A stretch of 63,919 bases of DNA, filler included, from Octopus bimaculoides (lineage: Eukaryota), in assembly GCF_001194135.2 (NCBI RefSeq). It is 9 parts of 8 records of this genome, joined end to end, with 100 filler letters (N's around TTAATTAATTAA, not from the genome) between each part and the next. Parts side by side here need not be neighbours in the genome. Positions count along the whole stretch, not along the records: positions 1 to 15,181 come from NC_068982.1; positions 15,282 to 18,599 come from NC_068985.1; positions 18,700 to 25,985 come from NC_068992.1; 6 more parts are not named here. One strand, given 5' to 3'. The position numbers and the translations under genes were made by a program. Shown here piece by piece: positions 12,176-24,197 of the stretch. The first letter of the stretch is position 1. Every line of letters starts with the position of its first letter. The notes under the pieces were generated by a model. It saw only the letters and a list, made by a program, of their open reading frames with translations, was not told the DNA's origin and searched no databases.

Positions 12176-15100
12176 TATCTATATACACGATACGTTTCTG
12201 AACTATTTTGCAATAAAACATTATGCCCTCAAAACAAAGCCATTGTACAATGCAACTGGTTTCAGTAACACAAACGTTAATTGAACTCACAACAAATAGG
12301 TTGTGGAACAAAACAGTTGAACGTCACAGTTCTTTAGGAAACAAGTACTGCCACTTTCATCGCGGCATATAAGTAACATGTACACATACACATGTAGATA
12401 CACACATAAACACGTATATACATACATACCTTTGTACACACACATTCGAATACACACACATTCGAATACACACACACACACACACACACACACGCCTTTA
12501 CACACACCTATACACACACCTCCCAAAAATAACTTTGCTACACTAATTTAATCTAGTATAAAAAATTTCCTTCACATCACTGACTCTAGCAAGATTTCAG
12601 CCACCCAAAATATATAAAGCATACATTTACAATTCGATATTCGTTTGAAGCTACATAAATTAACAAATAAACAGAAATGAAAGACAATGTGAACTATTAA
12701 GTTTGGTTCAATGACATGATTGATGATTTCAGCTTTAAGATAACAAGAATTTCAAATAATTTGATTTTGTCTTTCTCTCGTGCGTTCGCCATTTTTTAGG
12801 TTTCCATCGTGACGCTAATGACCATGCTACACCACCAGCTTAACAGTCTACGAGGATTCTTTCTGGGCTATGATCAGGTTTCAATCTTTTGATATTTTAT
12901 ACTTGCTCATTCGATATAAATGCTTTATTACAATATAATATTTCTTATTATTTAATTTTTTTCTATACTTCATATTTATTTTATCTCACTGGCGGATGTT
13001 TGTCTGCGTTGGATAATATAGGGCATGTTCTATAAAATTTACTCTTTTAAGTTTCAAGAGACCATGGCATTTTTTTTGTTTTATTTTACATTCTTTATTA
13101 CAATTTCTAATCTGTACTGAATAAATACTGGTGTCTAGGCAAGAGGTTGCAGAAGTATATTGAATCTGGTGTGAAGATACTTTGTTAATTTAGAATAAAC
13201 TACAATCCTTCATGAATAAATATTGTCAGTTTCATATTTGATAATCGCATACTTACATACCCATCCACACACCCACGTGATCATATTTGTTTTTCATATA
13301 CTTCATTCAAAATAACACTATTTATGTTGTATATAATACTTTCTAACTGAATATTATATTTTGTTNNNNNNNNNNNNNNNNNNNNNNNNNNNNNNNNNNN
13401 NNNNNNNNNNNNNNNNNNNNNNNNNNNNNNNNNNNNNNNNNNNNNNNNNNNNNNNNNNNNNNNNNNNNNNNNNNNNNNNNNNNNNNNNNNNNNNNNNNNN
13501 NNNNNNNNNNNNNNNNNNNNNNNNNNNNNNNNNNNNNNNNNNNNNNNNNNNNNNNNNNNNNNNNNNNNNNNNNNNNNNNNNNNNNNNNNNNNNNNNNNNN
13601 NNNNNNNNNNNNNNNNNNNNNNNNNNNNNNNNNNNNNNNNNNNNNNNNNNNNNNNNNNNNNNNNNNNNNNNNNNNNNNNNNNNNNNNNNNNNNNNNNNNN
13701 NNNNNNNNNNNNNNNNNNNNNNNNNNNNNNNNNNNNNNNNNNNNNNNNNNNNNNNNNNNNNNNNNNNNNNNNNNNNNNNNNNNNNNNNNNNNNNNNNNNN
13801 NNNNNNNNNNNNNNNNNNNNNNNNNNNNNNNNNNNNNNNNNNNNNNNNNNNNNNNNNNNNNNNNNNNNNNNNNNNNNNNNNNNNNNNNNNNNNNNNNNNN
13901 NNNNNNNNNNNNNNNNNNNNNNNNNNNNNNNNNNNNNNNNNNNNNNNNNNNNNNNNNNNNNNNNNNNNNNNNNNNNNNNNNNNNNNNNNNNNNNNNNNNN
14001 NNNNNNNNNNNNNNNNNNNNNNNNNNNNNNNNNNNNNNNNNNNNNNNNNNNNNNNNNNNNNNNNNNNNNNNNNNNNNNNNNNNNNNNNNNNNNNNNNNNN
14101 NNNNNNNNNNNNNNNNNNNNNNNNNNNNNNNNNNNNNNNNNNNNNNNNNNNNNNNNNNNNNNNNNNNNNNNNNNNNNNNNNNNNNNNNNNNNNNNNNNNN
14201 NNNNNNNNNNNNNNNNNNNNNNNNNNNNNNNNNNNNNNNNNNNNNNNNNNNNNNNNNNNNNNNCGAGGGAATGGAACAGATAAAATCCAGGTTGCGTGTT
14301 TCCTAGCTAGGGGAGACTAGGAGGCAATAGTTATTCAACGGAGGATACACCACTAGCTACTCATCAGGCTGAAGATACCTTAGTTAAATGAAGGTGAATG
14401 GCTCAGTGTCTAGTCAACTAAGAAACAAACAGCAAGGAAAGTGTTTATGTTAACTCTAAAATTCTATACTCATTCTCCCAAAGTATTCTATGATTAATGG
14501 ATTTTAATGAAATAAATTTCGAGGTTTACTCCACTCCCTGTATTGAGAATAGTAATCCATGTAGAAAAGGACATTAGGTGCGCAATTTTAATTATTTGCG
14601 ATTACTTGCCGATCTATACCAGCAATACTATCCTCCATTTTGGTAACAATTTATTGCCGAATATTTATATTTACTTCATACAGAGTAAAGTTAATAATAT
14701 AATGGAAGAATGATTTACAATCATTTGAATAATATATTTAAATTCAACGTAAATATCTGAAAATTATTATTTATCTTGAAATCCCTGTACACTGAAAGGA
14801 AATAATTGGCCATTTTTCCTATATTTCTGCCATTACTTTTGCTACAACTGCGTACTTAATCAGTGATTACAATAATTATAATGGTAACTGCTTGTAGGTG
14901 CAATTACCAATTGGTCACCATTTTACTTGTTCATACACGATCATTGTAACTGTCTCTAGTTTCTCTCTTTCTAGGAACAGAGCATTAGTAATTGATGTGA
15001 AATGTCTTTAAGTTGGGCACTTTACTAGTCTTTAATCAGCTCGTAAAATGCTGCAATCATCCAAAACATGGATGCTGATATATAAATAGCCCACTATTAC

Positions 15101-15281
15101 GTGGAATTACGTTCACATATTAAATGCACATGTTTATACACACGTACACGGCCATACACACACACACACACACACACACACNNNNNNNNNNNNNNNNNNN
15201 NNNNNNNNNNNNNNNNNNNNNNNNNTTAATTAATTAANNNNNNNNNNNNNNNNNNNNNNNNNNNNNNNNNNNNNNNNNNNN

Positions 15282-15930
15282 CGAAACTTTCCAGGAAGTC
15301 ACATCCTCGGAACTTTCCAGGCATTAGTTCAACCTCGAAACTTCCCTGGAATTCCTTGGAAATTTCCAGGAAATCCTCGGAAATTCCAAGAAGTCCTCGA
15401 GCCTTTCCAGGAATCATCGGAACTTTCCAGGAATTCCTCCCATTCCTCCCCGTCCTTGAAACTTTCCATGAAGTAACTCATCCCCTTCCTCACCCTCCAG
15501 GAAGTAATTCCACCCCTTCCTTCCCTTCCTTGAAACTTTACAGGAAGTAATTCCTCCTCCTCGGAACTTTCCACGAAGTAATTCGCCACCCCACCGCGGA
15601 ACTCTCCAGGAAGTAATTCACAGCCCTCTTCGGAACATTCTGGGATGTAATCCCCCTCCTCGGAACTTTCCATGAAGTAATTCGGCCCTCCTCGGAACTA
15701 TCCAGGAAGTAGCTCATCTTCGAAACTTTCCAGGAAGTCACATCCTCGGAACTTTCCAGGCATTAGTTCAACCTCGAAACTTCCCTGGAATTCCTTGGAA
15801 ATTTCCAGGAAATCCTCGGAAATTCCAAGAAGTCCTCGAGCCTTTCCAGGAATCATCGGAACTTTCCAGGAAGTCACATCCTCGGAACTATCCAGGAAGT
15901 AGCTCATCCTTGGAACTTTCCAGGAAAGTT
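15282..15930. repeat. Imperfect minisatellite, core CCTCGGAACTTTCCAGGAAGT, about 25 units with short variable linkers and a 439-bp higher-order repeat
   Basis: Directly visible. 15282-15433 is identical to 15721-15872. Confidence 0.95.
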
Positions 15931-16557
15931 TTACAGGTTTTTACAGTTCCTGTGATGACTTCGATTGATAGTCTTCAAATCAGCTTTCTACTTTCTGGTT
16001 TTGAGAAGACTAATTTCTCAGGATTGGTATTTAGACAGTGTGTTACATATCCCAGTGCCCCAATAATTACAGGTATAAACCTAAATTTGTAATCTGGATA
16101 GAGTAACTTCAGATTTCTCAATAGTTCAGTGTAGGTATTCTCTTTTTCAATGATCTTCAGCTTTATGTCAACATCCACTGAGCAGCTGATTTCCACAACT
16201 GTACACAGTTTCTCTTCTGTCCCAAATCATTATATCAGGTCTATTGTGTTTACATTTTATTGAGGTTTTTACTGGGATATTCCACTAGTACTCCTTTTTA
16301 TTGATTGGTTATGGCTTCTACCATACTGTGGGTTCTTATTTCTTTGACCTTGGAGTTATCCTTTCAACAAATCTTGTTATACCGTGTCCCGCTAAAACAT
16401 TATGTCTCATTGGTAGATAATACTGTGATGACATTTTTGAACAACTGCCTATAATGTGAATGATTTCTTTGGTGCTAACTCCACAAAGTCTGCATAGGTT
16501 GTCACATTTTGCTACTTTTCTTGCATCTCTGTCCCTTTTGTGCATCAGGTATTTAGT
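15925..16557 (-). mobile_element. R4/Dong-like LINE 3' fragment (CCHC knuckle + REL endonuclease)
   Basis: CRLCGVSTKEIIHIIGSCSKMSSQYYLPMRH and EISCSVDVDIKLKIIEKENTYTELLRNLKLLYPDYKFRFIPVIIGALG. Closely homologous to 28500-29170. Confidence 0.92.
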
Positions 16558-16561
16558 TGAT

Positions 16562-16898
16562 ATTATTATTATTATTATTCAGGTCACTGCCTGGAATCGA
16601 ACTCGGAATCTTGGAGTTAGTAGCCCGTGCTCTTAACCACTACACCACATGCCCATGAGCATATTGCGTAGTGTTTAAGAGCGCAGGCTACTAACCCCAA
16701 GATTCTGAGTTCGATTCCAGGCAGTGACCTGAATAATAATAATAATAATAATACCATCCAAAAATACCTTAGGAATGAGAACCCAGGTTTGAAATTTCCC
16801 CAAGACACCTGATGAAGGCTGGAGGGTATATCAGCCAAAACGTGTTAACAACAAACAAGATGAGGACAAATATCCATCAAATGTAAATAATGTAAATA
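16562..16898. mobile_element. Palindromic element P1: two inverted tRNA-like heads flanked by (ATT)n/(AAT)n, right arm carrying a hammerhead-like motif
   Basis: 16562-16654 is the reverse complement of 16656-16752. A-box-like TGGTGTAGTGG/TTGCGTAGTG and B-box-like GAGTTCGATTCC in each arm. CTGATGA at 16809. Second copy at 63250-63788. Confidence 0.8.
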
Positions 16899-17954
16899 AA
16901 GTTCAACTAAGATTCACAATAGAATATTGCTTCCATATCTGAGAATACACTGCTACTTAACACAGAAACCACCTAGGCTCCATCATGAGGAGAGGCACCT
17001 TCCAATAGGCAAGAAATCGTTCACCAACCTCTAGCACACAAATATGTTGTCTTTACAATCTTCCTTTTTTACCACTTCAATACCATGTTTGTTCGTAACA
17101 CATGCAATTCATTGATGTAAGGGGTCTTTGAGATACCACAGAGTTTTAGCCTTATTGTGTGTCTCGGGCAACAAATCTAACAAAAGTATAGACTCTTGTT
17201 TATAAAAATCAGTATACAAATTATTTGTGATGCGCACTGATGTCTGCCAAACAGATTATAACTCATAAGATGCATTGAGAACAGCAACAATCCAAACAAT
17301 AACATATCTATTCATTCCCAATACATGTTCTTGTACATTCAGACATAAATAATCTAATTACTGTTGTTACAAAGTTCCTTTACATCAATGAAGTGCATGT
17401 TATGAACACAGATCATCCAAGGGTAGATGTTCTCTGATGATATTTAAAAACAACAGCGATCAGATACTCACATTCAAATCTACTAAGATATATTGAGAAT
17501 GAATAGATATGTTAAAAACAACTATACACTTCTCTGTCAGTGTATATAAATATGCATTTAATGCAGCTTTAGGAGTTTTAACTCTTATTTCTTGCAATAT
17601 AGGTACTCTCAGCACCCTTAGTCACAATTACTGATGATTAAATTTTCTCATATGATTTTATATTGTGCCTAGCTGCTTTTATAAATTTTTAGTATATACA
17701 TTGGCTAAATCAGCCATGAATTCATATGGCAAAGTTATTTCACTGCCTCATCAAATAAATGGAGTGACAGTATTAATGACTCCTGAACTAAGGGACGAAA
17801 CTGGCTCAGTGTTTTTAGCTTTGCACATAGGGCAGTTATTTCCCCTGTGAGTTTATATAAATGTTTGTTTCACACTGTTAAGAGTTTTAAATCTTATTTC
17901 TTGCAAAATTGCTGCTCTGAACAGCCTCGGTCACAATTAGTGACGATTACACAC

Positions 17955-18118
17955 ACACACACACAAACAACAGGCATTTTTCAGTTTCCATGTACCAAAT
18001 CAACTTGGGTTAGCCTGGAGCTACAATAGAAAGCACTTTCCTAAGGTGTCATGCAATGTAACTGAACTCAGAACTATGTGATTAGGAAGCATACTTCTTA
18101 CCAAACAGCCTGCCTGCA
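17955..18118 (-). mobile_element. SINE family B head, diverged
   Basis: TTTCAGTTTCC.TGTACCAAATC..ACTGAACTCAGAACTATGTG..CTTACCAAACAGCC. Confidence 0.7.
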
Positions 18119-18126
18119 TATATATA

Positions 18127-18595
18127 TCATCATCATCATCATTGTTTAACGTCTGTTGTCCATGCTGGCATGGGTTGGACGGTTTGACTGAGATCTGGAG
18201 TGCCAGTGGCTGCACCAGGCTCCAATCTGATCTGGCAATGTTTCTACAGCTGAATGCCCTTCCTAATGCCACCCACTCCGAGAGTGTAGTGGGTGCTTTT
18301 TACATACCACCACACAGGAGCCAGTCAAGTGAGCATGGCATCATTCACATTCGGATAGTGCTTTTTACATGCCACTGGCACAGGAGACAGTCAGGGAGCA
18401 CTGTCATCAGCCTCATTCAGATAGTGCTTTATATATATATATATATATATATCATCATCATCATCATCATCGTTTAACGTCCACTTTCCATGCTAGCATG
18501 GGTTGGACGATTTGACTGAGGACTGGTGAAACCGGATGGCAACACCAGGCTCCAATCTAATTTGGCAGAGTTTCTACAGCTGGATGCCCTTCCTA
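18127..18595 (-). mobile_element. SINE family C 3' part ((GAT)n tail, internal AAAAAGCAC subrepeats) plus a second tail fragment at 18453-18595
   Basis: (CAT)nGTTTAACGTC..CCATGCTGGCATGGGTTGGACG..GCCCTTCCTAATGCC. Homologous to 25350-25738 (+). Confidence 0.8.
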
Positions 18596-18781
18596 TATAN
18601 NNNNNNNNNNNNNNNNNNNNNNNNNNNNNNNNNNNNNNNNNNNTTAATTAATTAANNNNNNNNNNNNNNNNNNNNNNNNNNNNNNNNNNNNNNNNNNNNG
18701 AGAGGGAGGAGATGGGGAGAGGAGTGTAGAATTATGAACTTGCCTAGGTATATCTACATGGACATACTTTACATGGAGGCT

Positions 18782-18815
<34 letters not shown>

Positions 18816-19399
18816 TCGATAGAGTGGGAGGGAGAAGACGGACAAGGGAGAGACAAGGGGAAAGATGAAACAGAAAGGGAGGGTGGGTTGTATAGTTAGA
18901 GCATCCAGATAATGTTTGTATATCCACACTGGTATAAACTTTACAAAGGGGGAAGATGAAACAGAGAGAAGGGGTGGATTGTATAGTTTTGAATGCTTAC
19001 ATATTATACCAGCAGGGAGAGGAGTAAACAGATAGATAGGTAAGGATTAGCGAGAGGGGGAAAGACTATGTCAGGGATGAGCAAGCCATATATTCATATA
19101 CATTTATACACACACATACACACATGAACATGTGTATGCGCGTGCGAGTATATAGTGTTATAATGACGAAATTGTCTATAGATACTTTATATATAAATAT
19201 ATGTTATATAAAAATATTATTTTATTAGTATAACACTAAGTGGTTAGAAAAGGAAAATATACTAAAAATTAAATAATTTATCTTACCTCCAGCTGGCTTA
19301 CGGCTGGTTGAAAAGCACCTACCTTTAGCAGATGGAAGGATATAAACAATAACAAACCTCCAATGTTGATAGTATTGAACTCTTAAATATATTAATTTG

Positions 19400-20790
19400 T
19401 TATTGTTGGAGGACTGAGAAAGTGCCTCAAAACTGGATTAATGCCATTTTATTCTCCTTGTATAAATCAGTGCCAAAGGATCTGTGTGGTAATTTTTGTG
19501 GGATTTTGCATTTGTCTGTGGTTGGAAAGGTACTTGCCTGCATTTTGTTAGAATGTTTAAATACCTTCATAGTTCTAAATATAGTGTCTGAGTCTCAGTG
19601 TAGTTTTCATTCCTCCAGGGGTACAGCTGATTGTATCTTTACTCTCAGACAGTTACAAGAAAAGTGCATTGAACAGAATCTTGTTCTATATTATTGCTTT
19701 GTTGATTTGAGCAAAGCATTTGATTTGATACTGTTAAATGAAATGCTCTGTGGCTAATTCTAAGGAAGATAGGTTGCCCAGAAAAATTTGTAAACATAAT
19801 CAGGGATTTGCATCAAGATATGAAAGCTAGAGTTAACTTTGATGGTAGGCTTTCTGAATTTTTTGCTGTGGAGTAAAGCAAGGAGACCTTGATGCACCCA
19901 ATCTCTTTGCAATGTTTTTTGCTGTTGTGTTGTCACACGCTTTTCAAAACTCTTGGGAGGAGATTTACATAAAATATCAAACAACAGGGAATGTTTTTAA
20001 TCTGACCAGACTGAAATTCAAAACGAAGGTTTTTACTTCACTCATTAGGGAACTTTTGTATGCTGACAATCACAATCTTGTCAGTCATTCTGAAACAGGT
20101 CTATAGTCTCTTGTATCTGCATTTGACTCAGCTTGTGATGATTTTGGCTTGACCATCACTTGAAACAATCAGTAGTAATGCATCAACCTGTGTGTGGTGC
20201 TGTTTGTAACCCCACTAAAATTTTTGTTAAGGCTAAGTTACTTGAGGTTGTCGATTCGTTCATCTACCTTGGAAGCTCTGTTCAGAATGATGGAAATCTT
20301 GATATAAAAATACAGCTACGGATTGAAAGGGCAGCAAAAGCATTTGGTGGCTCAGAGTCACGCGTTTGGTACCAGCAACATATAAGACTACAAAGCTGGC
20401 TCTTTACAAATCATTTGTCTTACCATCCCTGTTGTATTCCTGTGAAACTTGGACTTGTTATGAAAGGCATTTTAAATTGTTAGAACAATTCAACAAAAAT
20501 GCCTTCATTGCATTTTAAAAATTATATGGAGTTCTTTTACTCCAAACACAGATGTCCTTGCTTCTGCAGGCACCACCTCAATTAAAGCTATGATTTTGAG
20601 GAACCAAACGAGATGGTGTGGCCATATTGTTCGAATGGCAGATGAACGCATGCCGAAACAGCTGTTTTATGGTGAGCTTGCAGAGGGAAAACGCTATCGG
20701 CGTAAACCTATAAAAAGGTTTCAAAACAGCATTAAAAAAAGTATGAAGACAGCATAAGGACTACTATGAAGTCACTTGGAATGGATCCAG
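19400..20790 (+). mobile_element. RTE-clade LINE, RT region to C-terminus, pseudogenised
   Basis: VPQNWINAILFSLYK..LSVVGKVLA..ESQCSF..RGTADCIFTLRQLQEKCIEQN..FVDLSKAFD; LLYADN; FIYLGS; GHIVRMADERMPKQLFYGELAEGKR. Several stops and frameshifts. Confidence 0.93.
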
Positions 20791-21188
20791 AAGACATAGA
20801 AACCCTTAAGGGTAAAATATCCTTTTACCCACACTCATTTATTACACTTGGTAATACGCAGGAAAAACACTAGTGTAATAATAATTGGGTATTCTTCCAG
20901 CAGTATATTGGATAGATATTATCCCTTAGTGGGTTGGATTCACAACTCCTAACTTTCTTGGATATATATATATATANNNNNNNNNNNNNNNNNNNNNNNN
21001 NNNNNNNNNNNNNNNNNNNNNNNNNNNNNNNNNNNNNNNNNNNNNNNNNNNNNNNNNNNNNNNNNNNNNNNNNNNNNNNNNNNNNNNNNNNNNNNNNNNN
21101 NNNNNNNNNNNNNNNNNNNNNNNNNNNNNNNNNNNNNNNNNNNNNNNNNNNNNNNNNNNNNNNNNNNNNNNNNNNNNNNNNNNNNNNN

Positions 21189-22467
21189 TTCCTGCCGTTT
21201 TTTTTAATTTTGGAATTTATTGCGTTTTTAAATTTGGGAATCTATTTTTTTCGAGAATTCAATTTTTGAATCATTTTGGAATCTTTTTTTTTTTCTAGTT
21301 AATTTTAGTTAATTTTTGTTTATTTTCAGATCATTAAAATGGAATGTCAAGTTAAGGAAAATGAGCATTTTCAACACCTCTTTCTGTTTGCTTTTAATCA
21401 AGGTTCTAAGGCCACAAAAGCTGCGCTTGACATTTTTACTTTGTATGGAGAGGGTGCCATAGCTGAAAGAATCGCTCGTGATTGGTATGCCAAGTTCAAA
21501 AATGGAAATTTTTACCTCCAAGATGCACCTCATTCTGGCTGTCCAGTTGAGTTCGATGAAGAGCGATTAAACCAACTTTTGCATGAAAATTCTCGTCAAA
21601 AGACAAGGGAACCGGCAGAGAAAATGGAATGCTCTCACACTGCTATAGAGAAGCATCTTCACTCGCTGGAAAAGGTTCAGAAGTATAGAGCATGGGTTCT
21701 GCATGCATTAAATGACAAGAACAAAAATCAACGAGTGACAATTTTTGCTGGTTTGCTTGCTCATCACCGCTCAACTCATGGACCCAAGCAACGATTTCTT
21801 TACCGAATTGTTACTAGCTACAAAAGATGGTGCCTGTACATCAATATGACAATATGAAGTAGCGTAAAGAATGGCTTCACCCCAGTAAACAAGCGACACT
21901 GCACATGAAACAAGATCTTCGTCCGCGTAAAACAATGTTGCACGTATGGTGGGACTGGGAAGGGATTATTCATTACAAATTGCTTGAATGGAACCAAACG
22001 GTCAACGCAGAAGTCTATGTTCAACAGATGGAATGACTCAACACGGCTATTCCAGAGAAAAGACCTAATCAGCAGCATGGAGTTCTTCTGCTGCATGACA
22101 ACGCCGGCCTCATATCGCCAATATGACCAAGGAAGCCATTCAAACGCATGTCTGGGAAGCGCTGCCCCACCCGCCATACTCTCCTGATTTGGCACCAACA
22201 GATTTCCACCTCTTTCGATCTCTTTCAAATGCTATGTGCTGAGTTTCGTTCAATACTGATGCAGAATTGAGAGCTTGGTTGAATCAATTTTTCGAGTCAA
22301 AATCGGGTGATTTCTACCAACGAGGTATTGAAAATCTTGTTGAACGTTGGGAAGAAGTTGTAAACAACAAGGGTGAATACATTATTGATTAATTAGTTGT
22401 TGTTTTTTATTAAACTTTTAAATAATTTAAATTTAGAAAAACGGCAGGAACTTAGTTGCCAACCCAA
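21189..22467 (+). mobile_element. Near full-length mariner (mellifera-subfamily-like); outer part of the left TIR lies in a gap
   Basis: Right TIR AAAACGGCAGGAACTTAGTTGCCAACCCAA followed by TA (22468-22469). Left remnant TTCCTGCCGTTTT at 21189. Confidence 0.93.
21339..22392 (+). pseudogene. Mariner transposase pseudogene (frameshifts near 21850 and downstream)
   Basis: ATG at 21339 MECQVKENEHFQHLFLF..WYAKFKNG..; WVLHAL (WVPHEL motif); VWWD; HDNA; PYSPDLAPTD; ..RWEEVVNNKGEYIID* ending at 22392. Confidence 0.9.
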
Positions 22468-22511
22468 TAGATATACATGTGTATATAAATATACATACAC
22501 ATATATACATA

Positions 22512-22543
<32 letters not shown>

Positions 22544-22574
22544 CATATACACACATACATATGTACATACATAT

Positions 22575-22745
22575 ATTCTCTTTTAATTTTTTTTCTGTTT
22601 ATTTTCTCGTGTTCCTTTCTGTTGGCTCGAAACATTAAAGACTTTCTCACTTCCCGAGCATTGAACTAATAAATCTGTTTGTTGTTTACACACCCGTCTT
22701 CATCTTTTTTTTTTTTTTTTTTTTTTGTAAATTCCAACTATATAC
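22575..22745 (+). mobile_element. Dispersed repeat P2 copy with a deletion in the hammerhead-like stem
   Basis: CTTTCTGTTG|GCTCGAAACATTAAAGACTTTCTCACTTCCCGAGCATTGAACTAATA. Confidence 0.6.
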
Positions 22746-23052
22746 ATATATTTATATACATACATACATATATACATATACACATATATATATACACATA
22801 TACATGTATCACATAAGGGTAGGGATCGGAGCAATGACCTCCCCCCGCAAATACTAATTGGACACAGAATGTGTGTCATTAGCTAGCTTGAAGAGATGTC
22901 TTCCTGGGTTATAAACGCCAGTAGCACTGTCACGTATAGGATGCCACACTTGGTTGGCAATTATATATATAGACATATATATATATGTGTGTGTGTGTGT
23001 ATATATATATACACACACACACATATATATACCCATATATATATACACAAAC

Positions 23053-23129
<77 letters not shown>

Positions 23130-23426
23130 TATACATAAATATATATACATACACACACACACACATATATAGACCAGATAAGGCAATAACTTGGGTTCCA
23201 AGGGCCCACAACCCTTCAATATCCTTCCAAAATACCTGTGAGACATGCATGGTGTGGATGTAAATATCTTCCTGTCAAGGCCTTCATTGGAAACTAAACT
23301 CCGCTTGCGAAGACCTGTTGGAGCAATTGAAAGCGAAATCGTGACGGCACCTGTACCAATGGAGCGCTAAGAGCACCGTTCGAGCGTGATTGTTGCCAGA
23401 GCAGCTGTCTGGTTTCTGTGCCAGTG

Positions 23427-24136
23427 ACGCAAAACATCCAGGCAGTTAGGTGATACAAGAAAGAGACAAAGCATACAGATAGACGATACAAAGAAAACAA
23501 GGATGGGTCATTCAGAGTTTTCTCTCTTCAGTCCATATCCAGATTATCCTTGCAATTTCAGCTGGTTATGCTTAAGATTGCTCCAATCTGGCCAGTTCCA
23601 AGGAAAAACTAAACTAAGAGCATTAGATTCCTTGGAAGAAAGCAGCGAATATATACAAAAACAAGGGCGGAAAAAATGGAGAAATGCTACACAAATACAA
23701 ATGCAATTAATAGGACATAACAACAGGTGTCTTTCGACTAAGGACGAATTAAATTAAGCTGGCGTGTGGGAAAGTAAAGCTTATGGCAGGGACAGAAGAT
23801 TGGACAGGCACAGGGAACAATATAGATATTGCATGGATGGTAGTCAAACCAAGAAAGAAAAGTCAGGCTTGGCAGAACATTAGTCATGTGGGGAGAGAGA
23901 TGTAGAGGCAGAGGGATAGAAGAATTAAGGAGGGGCAAGAAAAAATGAAAGAGACACAGTGAAGTGAAAGAGGTGGGAAAGTGAGCATGAAGAGAATTCC
24001 AGGAAATGTGAGAGAGGGGGAACGAAAGAACGGAGAGTGGAATGAACGAAGTGTGAAAGGGCTGATAGAAAGAATGAAAGAATAGAAAGAATAACAGAGT
24101 TATACAAGATTTATATATATATATATATAAATATAC

Positions 24137-24197
<61 letters not shown>

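Noticed and set aside
15329-15907. Repetitive ORFs (FLESSEE.., TSWKVP..) on the minus strand
   Set aside because: They are translations of the minisatellite. Frames switch between units, and the LINE frame stops about 10 codons into the array.
15282-15930. Repeat-linker-repeat pattern resembling a CRISPR array
   Set aside because: The repeats are degenerate, the linkers are 0-20 bp, low-complexity and reused, there are no cas genes, and the context is eukaryotic.
16656-16731. tRNA gene with ACT anticodon
   Set aside because: There is no proper acceptor stem, and the sequence is part of a repeated palindromic element. It is treated as a tRNA-derived head.
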